16,361 bases of DNA from Candidatus Hadarchaeales archaeon (GTDB lineage Archaea; Hadarchaeota; Hadarchaeia; Hadarchaeales; JAWBSP01), in NCBI GenBank assembly GCA_038842485.1, contig JAWBSP010000022.1, forward strand, positions 1 to 16,361. The letters run 5' to 3'. Within the stretch, counting starts at the first letter, position 1; every line of letters starts with the position of its first letter. Positions 1 through 9,249 of this stretch are shown here, piece after piece. The position numbers were made by a program, and so were the translations under genes. Below the pieces are notes generated by a model. That model was not told where the DNA came from. It saw nothing but the letters and a program-made list of their open reading frames with translations, and did not search any database.

Positions 1-15
1 TAGGAAATTTAAGAA

Positions 16-68
16 GCGAAAGACTTAAATAGCCCCAAGATACCGGTTTTAAAACAAAAAGGAGGTGA
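16..68 (+). promoter_or_regulatory. BRE/TATA promoter and strong RBS of the surface protein gene
   Basis: Purine-rich GCGAAAGA (16-23) followed by CTTAAATA (24-31). GGAGGTGA at 61-68 lies 3 nt before ATG 72. Confidence 0.7.
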
Positions 69-71
69 AAG

Positions 72-2963
72 ATGAAGGGATTTGCAGCACTGGCGATGGC
101 AGCCATGTTTGTAGTACAGGTAGCAGTAACGTTCCTGGGAACGGTATCAGCAGGGGTCGATGAGGCTACTGTGACATTCGATCGGGTAAAGGTCCAAGGG
201 GGGTGGTCAGGCATTCTGACCCTAACTGTTGCGAATAGTGCCGGAGCCGCCATCGATAATGTGATACTGTGCATTCCGGGAGGGTGGACTTTCAAGGGAA
301 TGCTGAGGAAAGTACCGAAGGACAATATCGTGTACTTGGTCGACGACAACATTGTGGTTCTCCCCGCCGGAACGGTTGTAGAGGTTTTTGCCGACAGCGC
401 AGATAACATTATCATCCCGGAGAACACGGATGTGATTATTCCAAGGTTGACGTGTTTCTACCATCGGGGGAACCGCTACACACTGGAGGAGAACGCTCTT
501 ATGGAGCCCACCGATAACAGAAGAACAGAGAATTTCGAGACCATGGGGGGGTTAAGTGATGGTTATGTGGACAACGAGGAGAACTTCAGGGTGGGGCAAC
601 CTCTGAGGGTTACGCTATGGCAGGACAACAGGCTTAGGCTTTTGAGCGACACCCTCGTGGTGGTGGACCATGACGACGTGATGATTCTACCGGAAAATCT
701 CTTAGCACAGGTGGTGGCTAGCAACGAGAACCAGCGTGAGAACATGGACGTCGCACCCAAGCAGGGGATAAAGGTCAAAGTCATAGATAACCACTTCAGG
801 GTCGTTTCCGATCCCTTAAACGTTGGTTATTCCATTTCCAGGCGGGGAGAAGTGGTGGAATTAGAGGAGAACATCGTCGTGATACCGGAAAACACAGTGG
901 TAAAAATTGAGGGCTCCCTGAGGGTAAGAATCCCAGAGAACGCACAGGTAATCAGAGAAAATGACACGAAGATCAAGGTTGATCTGAGTCAGGTGGAGAA
1001 CGTTCCAAAGGGCTGGAGCCAGGGGACGTGCTTGGTAGGGAGCCAGCAGGGGTACAGCTGGGCAGGAATCGGGGACAACAAGATTGCAGCCGGAGGCAGC
1101 GAGAGCTTCCCGTTCGCCATAGGGGCACCCACTGAGGCTAAACCCTACCTCTTCGTGGTGGTGATCAAGGATAAATCCGGTGGCATGAAGGATTGGTCTG
1201 TCCAGATCATCGTGGACAACTCCGTAACGGTAAATGTCAGCGTTGACAAGACCTGGGTGGGGAAGAACGAGAACATAACCATCACCGTGAGTTCCGACGA
1301 GCCCATCTGGTTCGACAACGTGCTGGTTTGCGAGAACAACGCTCCTGAGAACGTGAACCTCGAGATGAGCACGACCGACAACAAGACCTACACGGGCGTG
1401 TACACCACAGGGGAGAACGAGGACAGGGACGGCTACCTGACCATCCGCGTGATCAATGTTAGGGACGAGGTTGGGAACTCGGTGTCCGAGATAACCAAGA
1501 GCGACCTTGTGTTCGTTGACCGCCGGCGGCCGGGCCCACCGAGTCTTACAGCGCTCGGCATACCGGTGGGAATAGAGAACAAGAGCGACTGGACGATCTC
1601 AACTTCTCTGAACGAGAACCATGACAACTTAATCTTCAAGCCGGCCGGGTACTTCCCAGAGAATCTCATGCTAGAGATACTGGTGGACAACGCGGTGGCG
1701 GCGAGTGGCAGGGCGAGCTCATTTGGTCTGGTGAACTTCACCCTGACCCTCTCCGAGGGCAAGCACACCGTTGCAGCACGCATCACGGACAAGGCCGGGA
1801 ACGTGGGGGAGGAGAACAGCGAGAATGTTGTCATAGACCTGAGCAAGCCCACCGTGACCTTCGTCTCACCCACGCAGGGCAAGAAGTTCGGTAGGAAAGA
1901 TGTGGGGACGGAAAACACCATTACCATCTCCCTCAAGCTGAGGGACACGGTGCTTGGCATCGAAAACTATGTGATGGCGGACACCGCCGACGAGGCGGAC
2001 AACGAAAACTTCGACAGGGGTTACATAGTGAGGCTGTACAAGGATGGTAGCAAGATAGCCGTCCTCCAACCCACGTCCTATCCCACGCTGGAGAACGTTG
2101 AGAACGTGCTCCCGAACGTCTTCGGAATAACCGCCGACTGGACCTTCGAGAACATATACTGTCTGGGAGCGAGCCCAGAAGGCAAGTACACGGTGGAAGT
2201 GATCGCGGGGGACAACATGGGGGTTCTAAAAGGGAAGGCTCCCCACCGCGTGAAAGAGAATGTGAGCTTCGAGGTGGACCTCACGCCCCCCGATACTCCG
2301 ACCGACGACACCTGCACTGGCAGTATTGAGGCTAATAAGAGTCAGTTCACCCCAACCAAGACTAGGGTTTCTAAGCTAACGCTGATGGGAACCACCGAAC
2401 CGAACGCCACCGTCAAGATATACCGCAGTGTTGCCGGCGGTCCCTGGACGGAGCTGACCAGCACGAAAGCCGGTTCCGATGGGAGCTGGAGCAAAGATGT
2501 GGATCTCACCAAGGGGCAGACGATGGGGATTAAGGTCAGCTACATTGATGAAGCAGGCAACGAGAGCGGAATGTACCTGTATGGCTACCTGCTCTATGAT
2601 GACAGCCCGCCAAAGGTAATTATAGACGCCCAGTACAAGGAGTTCACCACCGACAAGGCCTCGGTCCTGATAACGGGGAGGGTGCAAAAAGATGACTGGG
2701 AGGACTACAACGACATCGAGCTGTGCGTCTCGCCGGAAACAGCATCGGTGAACTTCAACCGCACCAACGGGACCTTCACCGTAAGTGCGGCGGTGAGCGA
2801 GGGTACTAACCTCATCACCGTGGAAGCCAAGGATCCCGTGGGCAACAGGGGCTCGGACACCGCCGTGGTAACGAGGACGGTCACACCCTGGGCCACCTAC
2901 GCAACGATTCTAGTGATCATAGCGCTGGTGCTGGCTGCGGTCGCCATCTTCAGGAAGAAGTAG
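72..2963 (+). CDS. Large membrane-anchored surface protein with Ig-like (Big) domains, S-layer candidate, 963 aa
   Basis: N-terminal signal peptide (MKGFAALAM...VSA). Big-domain motifs RDEVGN, TDKAGN, IDEAGN, KDPVGN, VDLTPP, SEGTNLITVEA. C-terminal TM helix plus RKK. Strong RBS and its own terminator. Confidence 0.8.
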   Translation: MKGFAALAMAAMFVVQVAVTFLGTVSAGVDEATVTFDRVKVQGGWSGILTLTVANSAGAAIDNVILCIPGGWTFKGMLRKVPKDNIVYLVDDNIVVLPAGTVVEVFADSADNIIIPENTDVIIPRLTCFYHRGNRYTLEENALMEPTDNRRTENFETMGGLSDGYVDNEENFRVGQPLRVTLWQDNRLRLLSDTLVVVDHDDVMILPENLLAQVVASNENQRENMDVAPKQGIKVKVIDNHFRVVSDPLNVGYSISRRGEVVELEENIVVIPENTVVKIEGSLRVRIPENAQVIRENDTKIKVDLSQVENVPKGWSQGTCLVGSQQGYSWAGIGDNKIAAGGSESFPFAIGAPTEAKPYLFVVVIKDKSGGMKDWSVQIIVDNSVTVNVSVDKTWVGKNENITITVSSDEPIWFDNVLVCENNAPENVNLEMSTTDNKTYTGVYTTGENEDRDGYLTIRVINVRDEVGNSVSEITKSDLVFVDRRRPGPPSLTALGIPVGIENKSDWTISTSLNENHDNLIFKPAGYFPENLMLEILVDNAVAASGRASSFGLVNFTLTLSEGKHTVAARITDKAGNVGEENSENVVIDLSKPTVTFVSPTQGKKFGRKDVGTENTITISLKLRDTVLGIENYVMADTADEADNENFDRGYIVRLYKDGSKIAVLQPTSYPTLENVENVLPNVFGITADWTFENIYCLGASPEGKYTVEVIAGDNMGVLKGKAPHRVKENVSFEVDLTPPDTPTDDTCTGSIEANKSQFTPTKTRVSKLTLMGTTEPNATVKIYRSVAGGPWTELTSTKAGSDGSWSKDVDLTKGQTMGIKVSYIDEAGNESGMYLYGYLLYDDSPPKVIIDAQYKEFTTDKASVLITGRVQKDDWEDYNDIELCVSPETASVNFNRTNGTFTVSAAVSEGTNLITVEAKDPVGNRGSDTAVVTRTVTPWATYATILVIIALVLAAVAIFRKK

Positions 2964-2975
2964 GCGAACCAAACC

Positions 2976-3006
2976 GTTTTCTATTTTTGTTTTTTCTTTT
3001 TGTTTC
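2976..3006 (+). terminator. Oligo(T) archaeal terminator between convergent genes
   Basis: Successive T runs (TTTTCTATTTTTGTTTTTTCTTTTGTTTC) just after the stop at 2963. Confidence 0.7.
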
Positions 3007-3768
3007 TTATTTCCTGTAAGGGCCTAGAGTGTGTTCCAGCCGGCCCTTCCTGAAGATTCTTATTTTTCCATCTTGCTCTGAAACCACCACCCCGGTCGCT
3101 TCCGTCTCGGCGGTCATGCAGGCCACCGCGTGGTGCCTGGTCCCGAGGCCCTCCACCTTCACCCTCGCCCTCGCGGCCAGTCTGACACCAAAGGCCCGGA
3201 TCACGCCCCGGTCGTCGAGGACAAAGGCCCCGTCCAGATGGCTGGCTAGGGTGGTGAGGTAGTCCCAATACTTCCTCTCCCATATCCTCACCGTGTGCCC
3301 CTTGAAGGGGTTGGGGAAGAGGGGGGTGGAGAGCCTGAGAACCCTCTCGGCGTCCCCGATCACCAAGGCCGCACCCACCTTCTTGCTCGAGAGCTCTTGG
3401 GCGAACTCCACCGTCTCCATCACCGGGGTCTCGGAGATGACGAGGGGCCACTCGGGCACCTTTAGCGAAATCCAGGTGTCCCCGTTCCCCCCGTTCAGCC
3501 TCGCGAAGATCACCCACTCGCCGGGAGAAAGGAGCCTTTGCTTGAGCCCCACGGAGAGGACGAGGTTGGCTAGCTCGTGCGTGTCTTGGAAGGAGAACTT
3601 GAGCAGGATGGGTTCCGGTCTGACCGCCCTGCTTACCTCTGGACTGGTGGTGAAAACGAGGAAATTCCCCTCGGGAAGTTCCTGTACGTCCTCAAGGAAA
3701 TAGATTAGCTTGTAACCGCGCTTGGCCGCATGCTCAAAAGCCATCTCCGCCGCAGGGGTTATTCCCAA
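3007..3768 (-). CDS. dacZ: Diadenylate cyclase (DisA_N/DAC domain), archaeal DacZ-like
   Basis: DAC motifs GAALVIGD, LDGAFVL, GLGTRHHA, VVSEQDG, with NPFKG upstream as in archaeal DacZ. About 105-aa N-terminal extension. TTG start with GGGAGG RBS. Confidence 0.85.
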   Translation of the reverse strand: MGITPAAEMAFEHAAKRGYKLIYFLEDVQELPEGNFLVFTTSPEVSRAVRPEPILLKFSFQDTHELANLVLSVGLKQRLLSPGEWVIFARLNGGNGDTWISLKVPEWPLVISETPVMETVEFAQELSSKKVGAALVIGDAERVLRLSTPLFPNPFKGHTVRIWERKYWDYLTTLASHLDGAFVLDDRGVIRAFGVRLAARARVKVEGLGTRHHAVACMTAETEATGVVVSEQDGKIRIFRKGRLEHTLGPYRK

Positions 3769-3774
3769 CCTTTT

Positions 3775-3804
3775 CCTCCCACCCCTGCTAGCTTAAAATT
3801 TTTG
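3775..3804 (-). promoter_or_regulatory. Internal promoter and RBS for the diadenylate cyclase
   Basis: Minus strand reads CAAAAA-TTTTAAG (BRE/TATA-like) about 25-35 nt upstream of the TTG start, then GGGAGG. Confidence 0.55.
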
Positions 3805-3814
3805 ACTTCACTCC

Positions 3815-4360
3815 TTAAATCCCTTTCATTCGAGAGTGCAAGCTCCGTCCCTGCGCGTCCACCACCACCAGAAGCGGCCCGAACTCCCTGACTTCCAGAA
3901 CCCACATGGCCTCGACGCCGAGCTCCGGCCAGTGGACCCCCCTCACCCCCCTCACGAAGCTGGCCGCGAGCGCACCCGCCCCTCCGGTGAAGGCTAGGTA
4001 TACGCACCCCAGACCGGAGACCCTCCTCGCTACCCTTGGATCCATTCCCCCCTTTCCCACTAGGATCCTGACTCCCGTCCGCCTGACGAACTCCTCCTGC
4101 ATCTCATCCAGTCTGGAGGACGTGGTGGGGCCGCAGGAGAGAACCTCGTAGCCCCCTCCCCTCCGCACCACGATGGGGCCGCAGTGGTAAACGGCGCCCC
4201 CCCTGAGGTCCACCGGCAGGCTCCCCCCTCCTCTCAGGGTTTCAAGGATCTTTCTGTAGGTCCTGTCCCTCGCCGTGTAGAGCAGACCCGTCAGCCTTAC
4301 GAACTCGCCCGCCCTGAGCCTCTCCAGCTCCTCGCCCGCCGGGAGTAGGATTTCCCTCAC
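3815..4360 (-). CDS. Class I (Fe-S) fumarate hydratase/tartrate dehydratase beta subunit
   Basis: Motifs LTGLLYTARD, YHCGP, GPTTSSR, VGKGGM, ELGVEAMW. Start reassigned to GTG 4360, which overlaps the alpha stop (GTGA). The ORF-track start 4420 lies inside the alpha gene. Confidence 0.9.
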   Translation of the reverse strand: MREILLPAGEELERLRAGEFVRLTGLLYTARDRTYRKILETLRGGGSLPVDLRGGAVYHCGPIVVRRGGGYEVLSCGPTTSSRLDEMQEEFVRRTGVRILVGKGGMDPRVARRVSGLGCVYLAFTGGAGALAASFVRGVRGVHWPELGVEAMWVLEVREFGPLLVVVDAQGRSLHSRMKGI

Positions 4361-5163
4361 TGGAACACCCGGATTCTTCCCCCTTTCACCCTGAGCGATG
4401 CCCTCCTCGCCACCCAGCACTGCAGGCTCACCGCGAGGGGGAGGGTGGCCCGGTGGCAGGGTGCCTGCAAAGCCCTGACCCCCAGAACCGTCGTTTCCCC
4501 TCCCCAGCCCATCGGTCCGATCTTCAGCTGGTTTGCCCTCCCCGCTATCTCCTCCTCCAGCTCCGCGAGTTCTCCCTCCGAGCCGAGCGGTCTGAGCAGA
4601 GCCTTCTCGGCCAGCAGGCAGGCCTTCTCCGCCGTTCCGCCGATCCCCACCCCCACAATGACGGGCGGGCAGGGTTTCCCCCCAGCCTCCCGCAGCAGCT
4701 CCAGAACCGACCTGACGATGCCCTCCCGATCCCCGGGTTTGAGCAGGTAGAGCCTGCTCCAGTTCTCCGCGCCGCCCCCCTTCACCAGCAAATCGATTTC
4801 GAGTTCCCTCCCTCTTTCGAAGTGAATATCGTACCAGCTCCTCTCCTCCCCCGTCAGCGGCTGGAGGGTGTTGGGCCTCAGGGGGACCCGCTCGGAGGCC
4901 AACCTGAATCCCTTCTCTATCTCCTCCTCCAGCCCGTTCCAGCGTGGGGCCCGCACGAAGAAGGTCAGGATCCCAGTGTCCTGGCAGATGGGAACCCCCC
5001 GCCTTGAGGCGAGCGAGAGGTTTTTGAGCATGCAGTCGAGCTGGACCCGCGCTATCCGGTTTCTCTCCCTCCTCCTAGCCTTCCTGAGAGCGGTGACCAC
5101 ATCACTGGGTAGTTGGGTTTCGGCGAGCCTTATCATCTCGGCAATCTGTCGGTGAAGCCTCAC
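4357..5163 (-). CDS. Class I (Fe-S) fumarate hydratase/tartrate dehydratase alpha subunit
   Basis: Motifs [45 protein letters not shown] (three Fe-S Cys). Confidence 0.92.
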   Translation of the reverse strand: MRLHRQIAEMIRLAETQLPSDVVTALRKARRRERNRIARVQLDCMLKNLSLASRRGVPICQDTGILTFFVRAPRWNGLEEEIEKGFRLASERVPLRPNTLQPLTGEERSWYDIHFERGRELEIDLLVKGGGAENWSRLYLLKPGDREGIVRSVLELLREAGGKPCPPVIVGVGIGGTAEKACLLAEKALLRPLGSEGELAELEEEIAGRANQLKIGPMGWGGETTVLGVRALQAPCHRATLPLAVSLQCWVARRASLRVKGGRIRVFQ

Positions 5164-5225
5164 CCATTCTTAGGAGCCGAATTAGAAAAGCTCGCCCCAC
5201 GCATTTAAGAAGTGGGCATGAATTT
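5164..5225. promoter_or_regulatory. Short divergent promoter region between the fumarase genes and ilvD
   Basis: 62-bp gap between divergent starts. TTTAAG at 5204-5209 is about 22-25 nt before the ilvD TTG, with no RBS, so probably leaderless. Confidence 0.5.
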
Positions 5226-6887
5226 TTGTTGAAGCTGAGGAGCAGAGAGGTTACGGAGGGAATTGAGAGCCTGCCCCGGAGGGCCCTCCTCAAGGCGGGC
5301 GGACTGGTGGACGAGGACCTGGGGAGGCCTCTGGTTGCCATAGCGAACTCTTGGAACGAGATAGTCCCGGGCCACCTTCATCTCAGGGAGGTCGGAAGGG
5401 CCGTGGCGAGGGGGGTGAGGCTGGCCGGTGGTACCCCCCTCGAGTTCAACACCATCGCCATCTGCGACGGGATAGCCATGGGGACTCCGGGGATGTGCTA
5501 CTCTCTCCCCTCGAGGGAAGTCATCGCCGACAGTGTGGAGCTCATGGTGGAGGCGCACAGGTTTGACGCGGTGGTCGCGGTGTGCAGCTGCGACAAGATA
5601 GTGCCCGGGATGCTGATGGCCCTCGCCCGCCTTAACCTCCCCTCAATCGTGGTGACGGGGGGCCCCATGCAGCCGGGGGAGTGGAGGGGGGAGAAGCTGG
5701 ACGTGATAAGCGCCTTCGAGGCGGTGGGGAGGCTCAAGGCTGGGAGGATCGGGCTGAAGGAGGCAAAGGAGATAGAGAACAGGAGCTGCCCCGGTCCGGG
5801 TTCCTGCGCCGGGCTCTTCACCGCCAACACCATGGCCTGTTTGGTTGAGGCGCTGGGAATGTCTCTCCCCGGCATGGCGACCTGTCACGCGACCGACTCC
5901 AAGAAGCTCAGGCTGGCGGAGGAGAGCGGGAGGCTGGTGGTTCAGCTGCTCAGGAGGAACCTAACGCCCAGCAAGATCATGACCAGGGCATCCTTCGAGA
6001 ACGCCATCGTGGTGGATCTGGCGCTAGGGGGCTCGACCAACACCACCCTCCACCTTCCGGCCATCGCCCACGAGCTTGGAATCAGGCTGGATCTGGAGCT
6101 CTTCGACAGGCTCAGCAGGAGGGTCCCGCAGCTCTGCAATCTGAGGCCTGGGGGACCTCACTTCATGCTTGATCTGGAAAGGGCGGGAGGGGTGCCGGCT
6201 CTCATGAAGCAGCTTGGGAGGCTGATTAGGCAGGGAGCCCTCACGGTCACGGGGAGGACGGTGGGTGAGAACCTGAGGGTGGTCAAGGTTCTGGATTCCT
6301 CGGTGATCAGGCCGCTCACCAGGCCCTACCGGAGGGAGGGGGGAATAGCCATCCTCTACGGTACTCTCGCTCCCAAGGGTTCCGTGCTCAAACTTGCCGG
6401 GCTCCCCCCCAGGTTGCGGAAGTTCAGGGGGAGGGCGAGGTTTTTCAGGGGGGAGGAGGAGGCGGTCGCGGCGCTGAGCGCGGGCAAGGTCGGGGGCAGG
6501 GAAGTGATGGTGATCGCGTACGAGGGACCGAAGGGGGGTCCGGGGATGAGGGAGATGCTCTCGGTCACCTCGATGCTGGTCGGAATGGGTCTCTCGGAGG
6601 AGGTCGCCCTGGTCACGGATGGGAGGTTTTCTGGCGGGACCCGGGGAATATGCGTAGGTCACGTCTCCCCGGAGGCGGCCGAGAGGGGACCCATCGCTCT
6701 CGTGCGCGACGGTGACCCCATCCTGATTGATTTGGAGAGGCGGAGAATCGATCTGCTCGTCCCGCAGGAGGAGCTGAAGCGGAGGCTGGAGGTCCTGCCG
6801 CCCTTCAAGCCCAAGGTGAGGAGGGGCTACCTCTCTCTCTACTCCCGAATGGTGAGTTCGGCCTCTGAAGGGGCCGTCAGGATATAG
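5226..6887 (+). CDS. ilvD: Dihydroxy-acid dehydratase
   Basis: Motifs [74 protein letters not shown]. Start is TTG 5226 or 5229. Confidence 0.97.
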   Translation: MLKLRSREVTEGIESLPRRALLKAGGLVDEDLGRPLVAIANSWNEIVPGHLHLREVGRAVARGVRLAGGTPLEFNTIAICDGIAMGTPGMCYSLPSREVIADSVELMVEAHRFDAVVAVCSCDKIVPGMLMALARLNLPSIVVTGGPMQPGEWRGEKLDVISAFEAVGRLKAGRIGLKEAKEIENRSCPGPGSCAGLFTANTMACLVEALGMSLPGMATCHATDSKKLRLAEESGRLVVQLLRRNLTPSKIMTRASFENAIVVDLALGGSTNTTLHLPAIAHELGIRLDLELFDRLSRRVPQLCNLRPGGPHFMLDLERAGGVPALMKQLGRLIRQGALTVTGRTVGENLRVVKVLDSSVIRPLTRPYRREGGIAILYGTLAPKGSVLKLAGLPPRLRKFRGRARFFRGEEEAVAALSAGKVGGREVMVIAYEGPKGGPGMREMLSVTSMLVGMGLSEEVALVTDGRFSGGTRGICVGHVSPEAAERGPIALVRDGDPILIDLERRRIDLLVPQEELKRRLEVLPPFKPKVRRGYLSLYSRMVSSASEGAVRI

Positions 6888-6958
6888 GGGATGCCGTTTT
6901 CACCGGCTGGATGCTGGTTCGTCCTCGATGCTCAAAAAAATCCCTTGACTGATTGAGA

Positions 6959-8203
6959 ATGGCAACGCTTGCGGAAAAAATCCTCAGCCGGGCGGTTGGC
7001 AGGAGGGTCAGCCCGGGGGAAATTGTGGAGCCGCCCATTGATTTTGCCATGATGAACGACATAACGGGGCCGCTCACCCTCAACATCCTGAAGGAGCTCA
7101 GAATGGAGAGGCCTTGGAACCCCCAGAAGGTGGTGCTGATACTCGATCACCAGTCACCCGCCTGCTCGGTGGAGGCCGCGACGGCGCACGTGGAACTGAG
7201 GGAATTCGCCTCCAGAACCGGAATCAGATTTTTCGAGGTGGGGGAGGGTGTCTGCCATCAGGTTTTCATGGAGAGGGGATTCGCCCAGCCCGGCATGCTG
7301 ATAGTGGGGGCGGATTCCCACACCTGCACCTATGGGGCGCTGGGGGCCTTCGCCACGGGAGTGGGATCCACCGACATGGCTCACGTGCTTGCCACCGGAA
7401 GGCTCTGGCTCAGGGTCCCGGAAAACTTCAGGATAGAGATAAGCGGGAGGCTCCCCCCCGGTGTCTTTGCGAAGGACCTGATTCTCCACATCATCGGTGA
7501 GGTCGGTTCGGACGGTGCCAACTACATGGCGGTCGAGTTCCAGGGCGAGACCGTCTCAAACCTCGGCATCTCCGAGAGGATGGTTCTCTGCAACATGGGG
7601 GTTGAGATGGGGGCAAAAACCGCCTTGGTGGCACCCGACGAGAAGACCAGGGAATGGTTCGGGGGGAAGGGAATCAAGGTGGAGGAGATCAGGAGCGATC
7701 CGGATGCCAGCTGGCAGAGGGAGGAGCAGATGGAGGTGAGCCGTCTGGAGCCCCAGGTCGCGTGCCCGCACCGGGTAGACAACGTCAGGCCGGTGGTGGA
7801 GGTTGAGGGGAGGGAGATAGACCAGGCCTTTCTGGGCAGCTGCACCAACGGGAGGGTGGAGGATCTGGTGGAGGCCTGCAGGATCTTGAAGGGGAGGAAG
7901 GTGAAGGCCAGAATGATCGTCTCCCCGGCTTCTAGGGAGGTGTACCTGGGGGCGCTGGAGATGGGGCTCGTGAGGATCCTGCTCGAGGCGGGGGCTACCG
8001 TGGTGGCACCCTCCTGCGCCGCATGCATGGGCGGGCACGTGGGAATTCTCGGACCGGGAGAGGTCTGCATCTCCTCCTCCAACAGGAACTTTAGGGGAAG
8101 AATGGGCAGTCCGGAGGCCGAGATATACCTGGCCTCCCCGGCGACGGTTGCGGCCTCGGCGGTGGAGGGAAAAATCGCCGACCCGAGGAGGTACCATGCC
8201 TAA
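6959..8203 (+). CDS. leuC: 3-isopropylmalate dehydratase/homoaconitase large subunit
   Basis: Motifs TLAEKIL, GVCHQ, GADSHTCTYGA, GSCTNGR, PSCAACMG, SNRNFRGRMG. ATG 6959 preferred over TTG 6953. Confidence 0.93.
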   Translation: MATLAEKILSRAVGRRVSPGEIVEPPIDFAMMNDITGPLTLNILKELRMERPWNPQKVVLILDHQSPACSVEAATAHVELREFASRTGIRFFEVGEGVCHQVFMERGFAQPGMLIVGADSHTCTYGALGAFATGVGSTDMAHVLATGRLWLRVPENFRIEISGRLPPGVFAKDLILHIIGEVGSDGANYMAVEFQGETVSNLGISERMVLCNMGVEMGAKTALVAPDEKTREWFGGKGIKVEEIRSDPDASWQREEQMEVSRLEPQVACPHRVDNVRPVVEVEGREIDQAFLGSCTNGRVEDLVEACRILKGRKVKARMIVSPASREVYLGALEMGLVRILLEAGATVVAPSCAACMGGHVGILGPGEVCISSSNRNFRGRMGSPEAEIYLASPATVAASAVEGKIADPRRYHA

Positions 8204-8684
8204 GGTGTGGGTGTTCGGCGACAATGTCTCGACCGACGACATCATCGCCGGGAAGTACCTGACCAGCACAGACCCGGTCTATCTCGCCTCCCACGTCATG
8301 GAAAACCTCGACCCGGAGTTCGCTAGGAGGGTTGGCCGTGGCGATGTGATCCTAGCTGGGAAAAACTTCGGCTGTGGGTCGAGCAGGGAGCACGCACCGC
8401 TCGCGCTAAAGGCAGCAGGGATTTCCGCCGTTGTTGCCCGCTCCTTCGCCAGGATATTTTTCAGAAACTCCATAAACCTGGGGCTCCCTCCCCTGACCTG
8501 CGAGACGACGGAGGGCTTTCAGGGGGGCGATGAGGTGAGGCTGGATCTGGAGAGCTTCACCCTTCACAACCTCAGGTCGGGCGCGGTGCTCAAGCTCAGC
8601 CCTCTCCCACCCTTCATCCTGCAAATTCTGAGGGCGGGGGGAATGGTGGAGTATCTGAGGAGACGATGCGCTTCAGGCCCGTAG
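8196..8684 (+). CDS. leuD: 3-isopropylmalate dehydratase/homoaconitase small subunit
   Basis: Motifs [34 protein letters not shown] 8196 overlaps the end of leuC. Confidence 0.93.
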   Translation: MPKVWVFGDNVSTDDIIAGKYLTSTDPVYLASHVMENLDPEFARRVGRGDVILAGKNFGCGSSREHAPLALKAAGISAVVARSFARIFFRNSINLGLPPLTCETTEGFQGGDEVRLDLESFTLHNLRSGAVLKLSPLPPFILQILRAGGMVEYLRRRCASGP

Positions 8685-9202
8685 GAGTTTTTGAGGCCAT
8701 CAGGCTCAGGCGGAGCATCCGGGATTATCTGGACAAACCGGTTGAGCCCGAAAAGCTGGAGCGCCTGCTGGAGGCGGCGAGGCTCGCCCCCTCTGCTAGG
8801 AACGAACAGCCTTGGGAGCTGGTGGTGGTCACCGACAGGAAGCTCAGGGCGAGACTGGTCCCGGCATGCCTCTTTCAGAGATTCGTGGGCAAGGCACCGG
8901 TTTTCATCGCAGGGGTGGTGGATCCAACCAAGAAGTGGGCGCCCGCGGATCTCTGCATCGCACTTCAGCAGCTTGCCCTAGAGGCGGTGGAGCTGGGTCT
9001 GGGAACTTGCTGGATAGGGGCCTTTTCGGAGCGGCTGGTGAGGTTCCTGCTGGGGGTTCCAAAAAACAGGAGGGTCTTTGTTTGCATGACGGTAGGATAC
9101 CCGGCGAAGATTCCTCCCCCTCACCCCAAAAAGCCGTTTGCGAAACTGTTTCATCTCAACCGCTACGGCAGGACTTTCGGCAACTTCACGCGGGGCTCGT
9201 GA
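8666..9202 (+). CDS. Nitroreductase family flavoprotein
   Basis: Motifs AIRLRRSIRDY, APSARNEQPW, ELGLGTCWIG, VGYP. Confidence 0.9.
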   Translation: MRFRPVGVFEAIRLRRSIRDYLDKPVEPEKLERLLEAARLAPSARNEQPWELVVVTDRKLRARLVPACLFQRFVGKAPVFIAGVVDPTKKWAPADLCIALQQLALEAVELGLGTCWIGAFSERLVRFLLGVPKNRRVFVCMTVGYPAKIPPPHPKKPFAKLFHLNRYGRTFGNFTRGS

Positions 9203-9249
9203 GGTATTCCTTCGCGGGGGCTTTTTAACGGCAAGACTTGTACCCCCCA

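Noticed and set aside
303-992. Intein in the surface protein
   Set aside because: No Cys/Ser start with a His-Asn end followed by Cys/Ser/Thr, and no LAGLIDADG motif. The insert is made of short hydrophobic repeats.
2880-2963. Archaeosortase (PGF-CTERM) signal on the surface proteins
   Set aside because: TM helix and basic tail are present, but neither protein has PGF or another shared motif directly before the helix. A plain TM anchor is sufficient.
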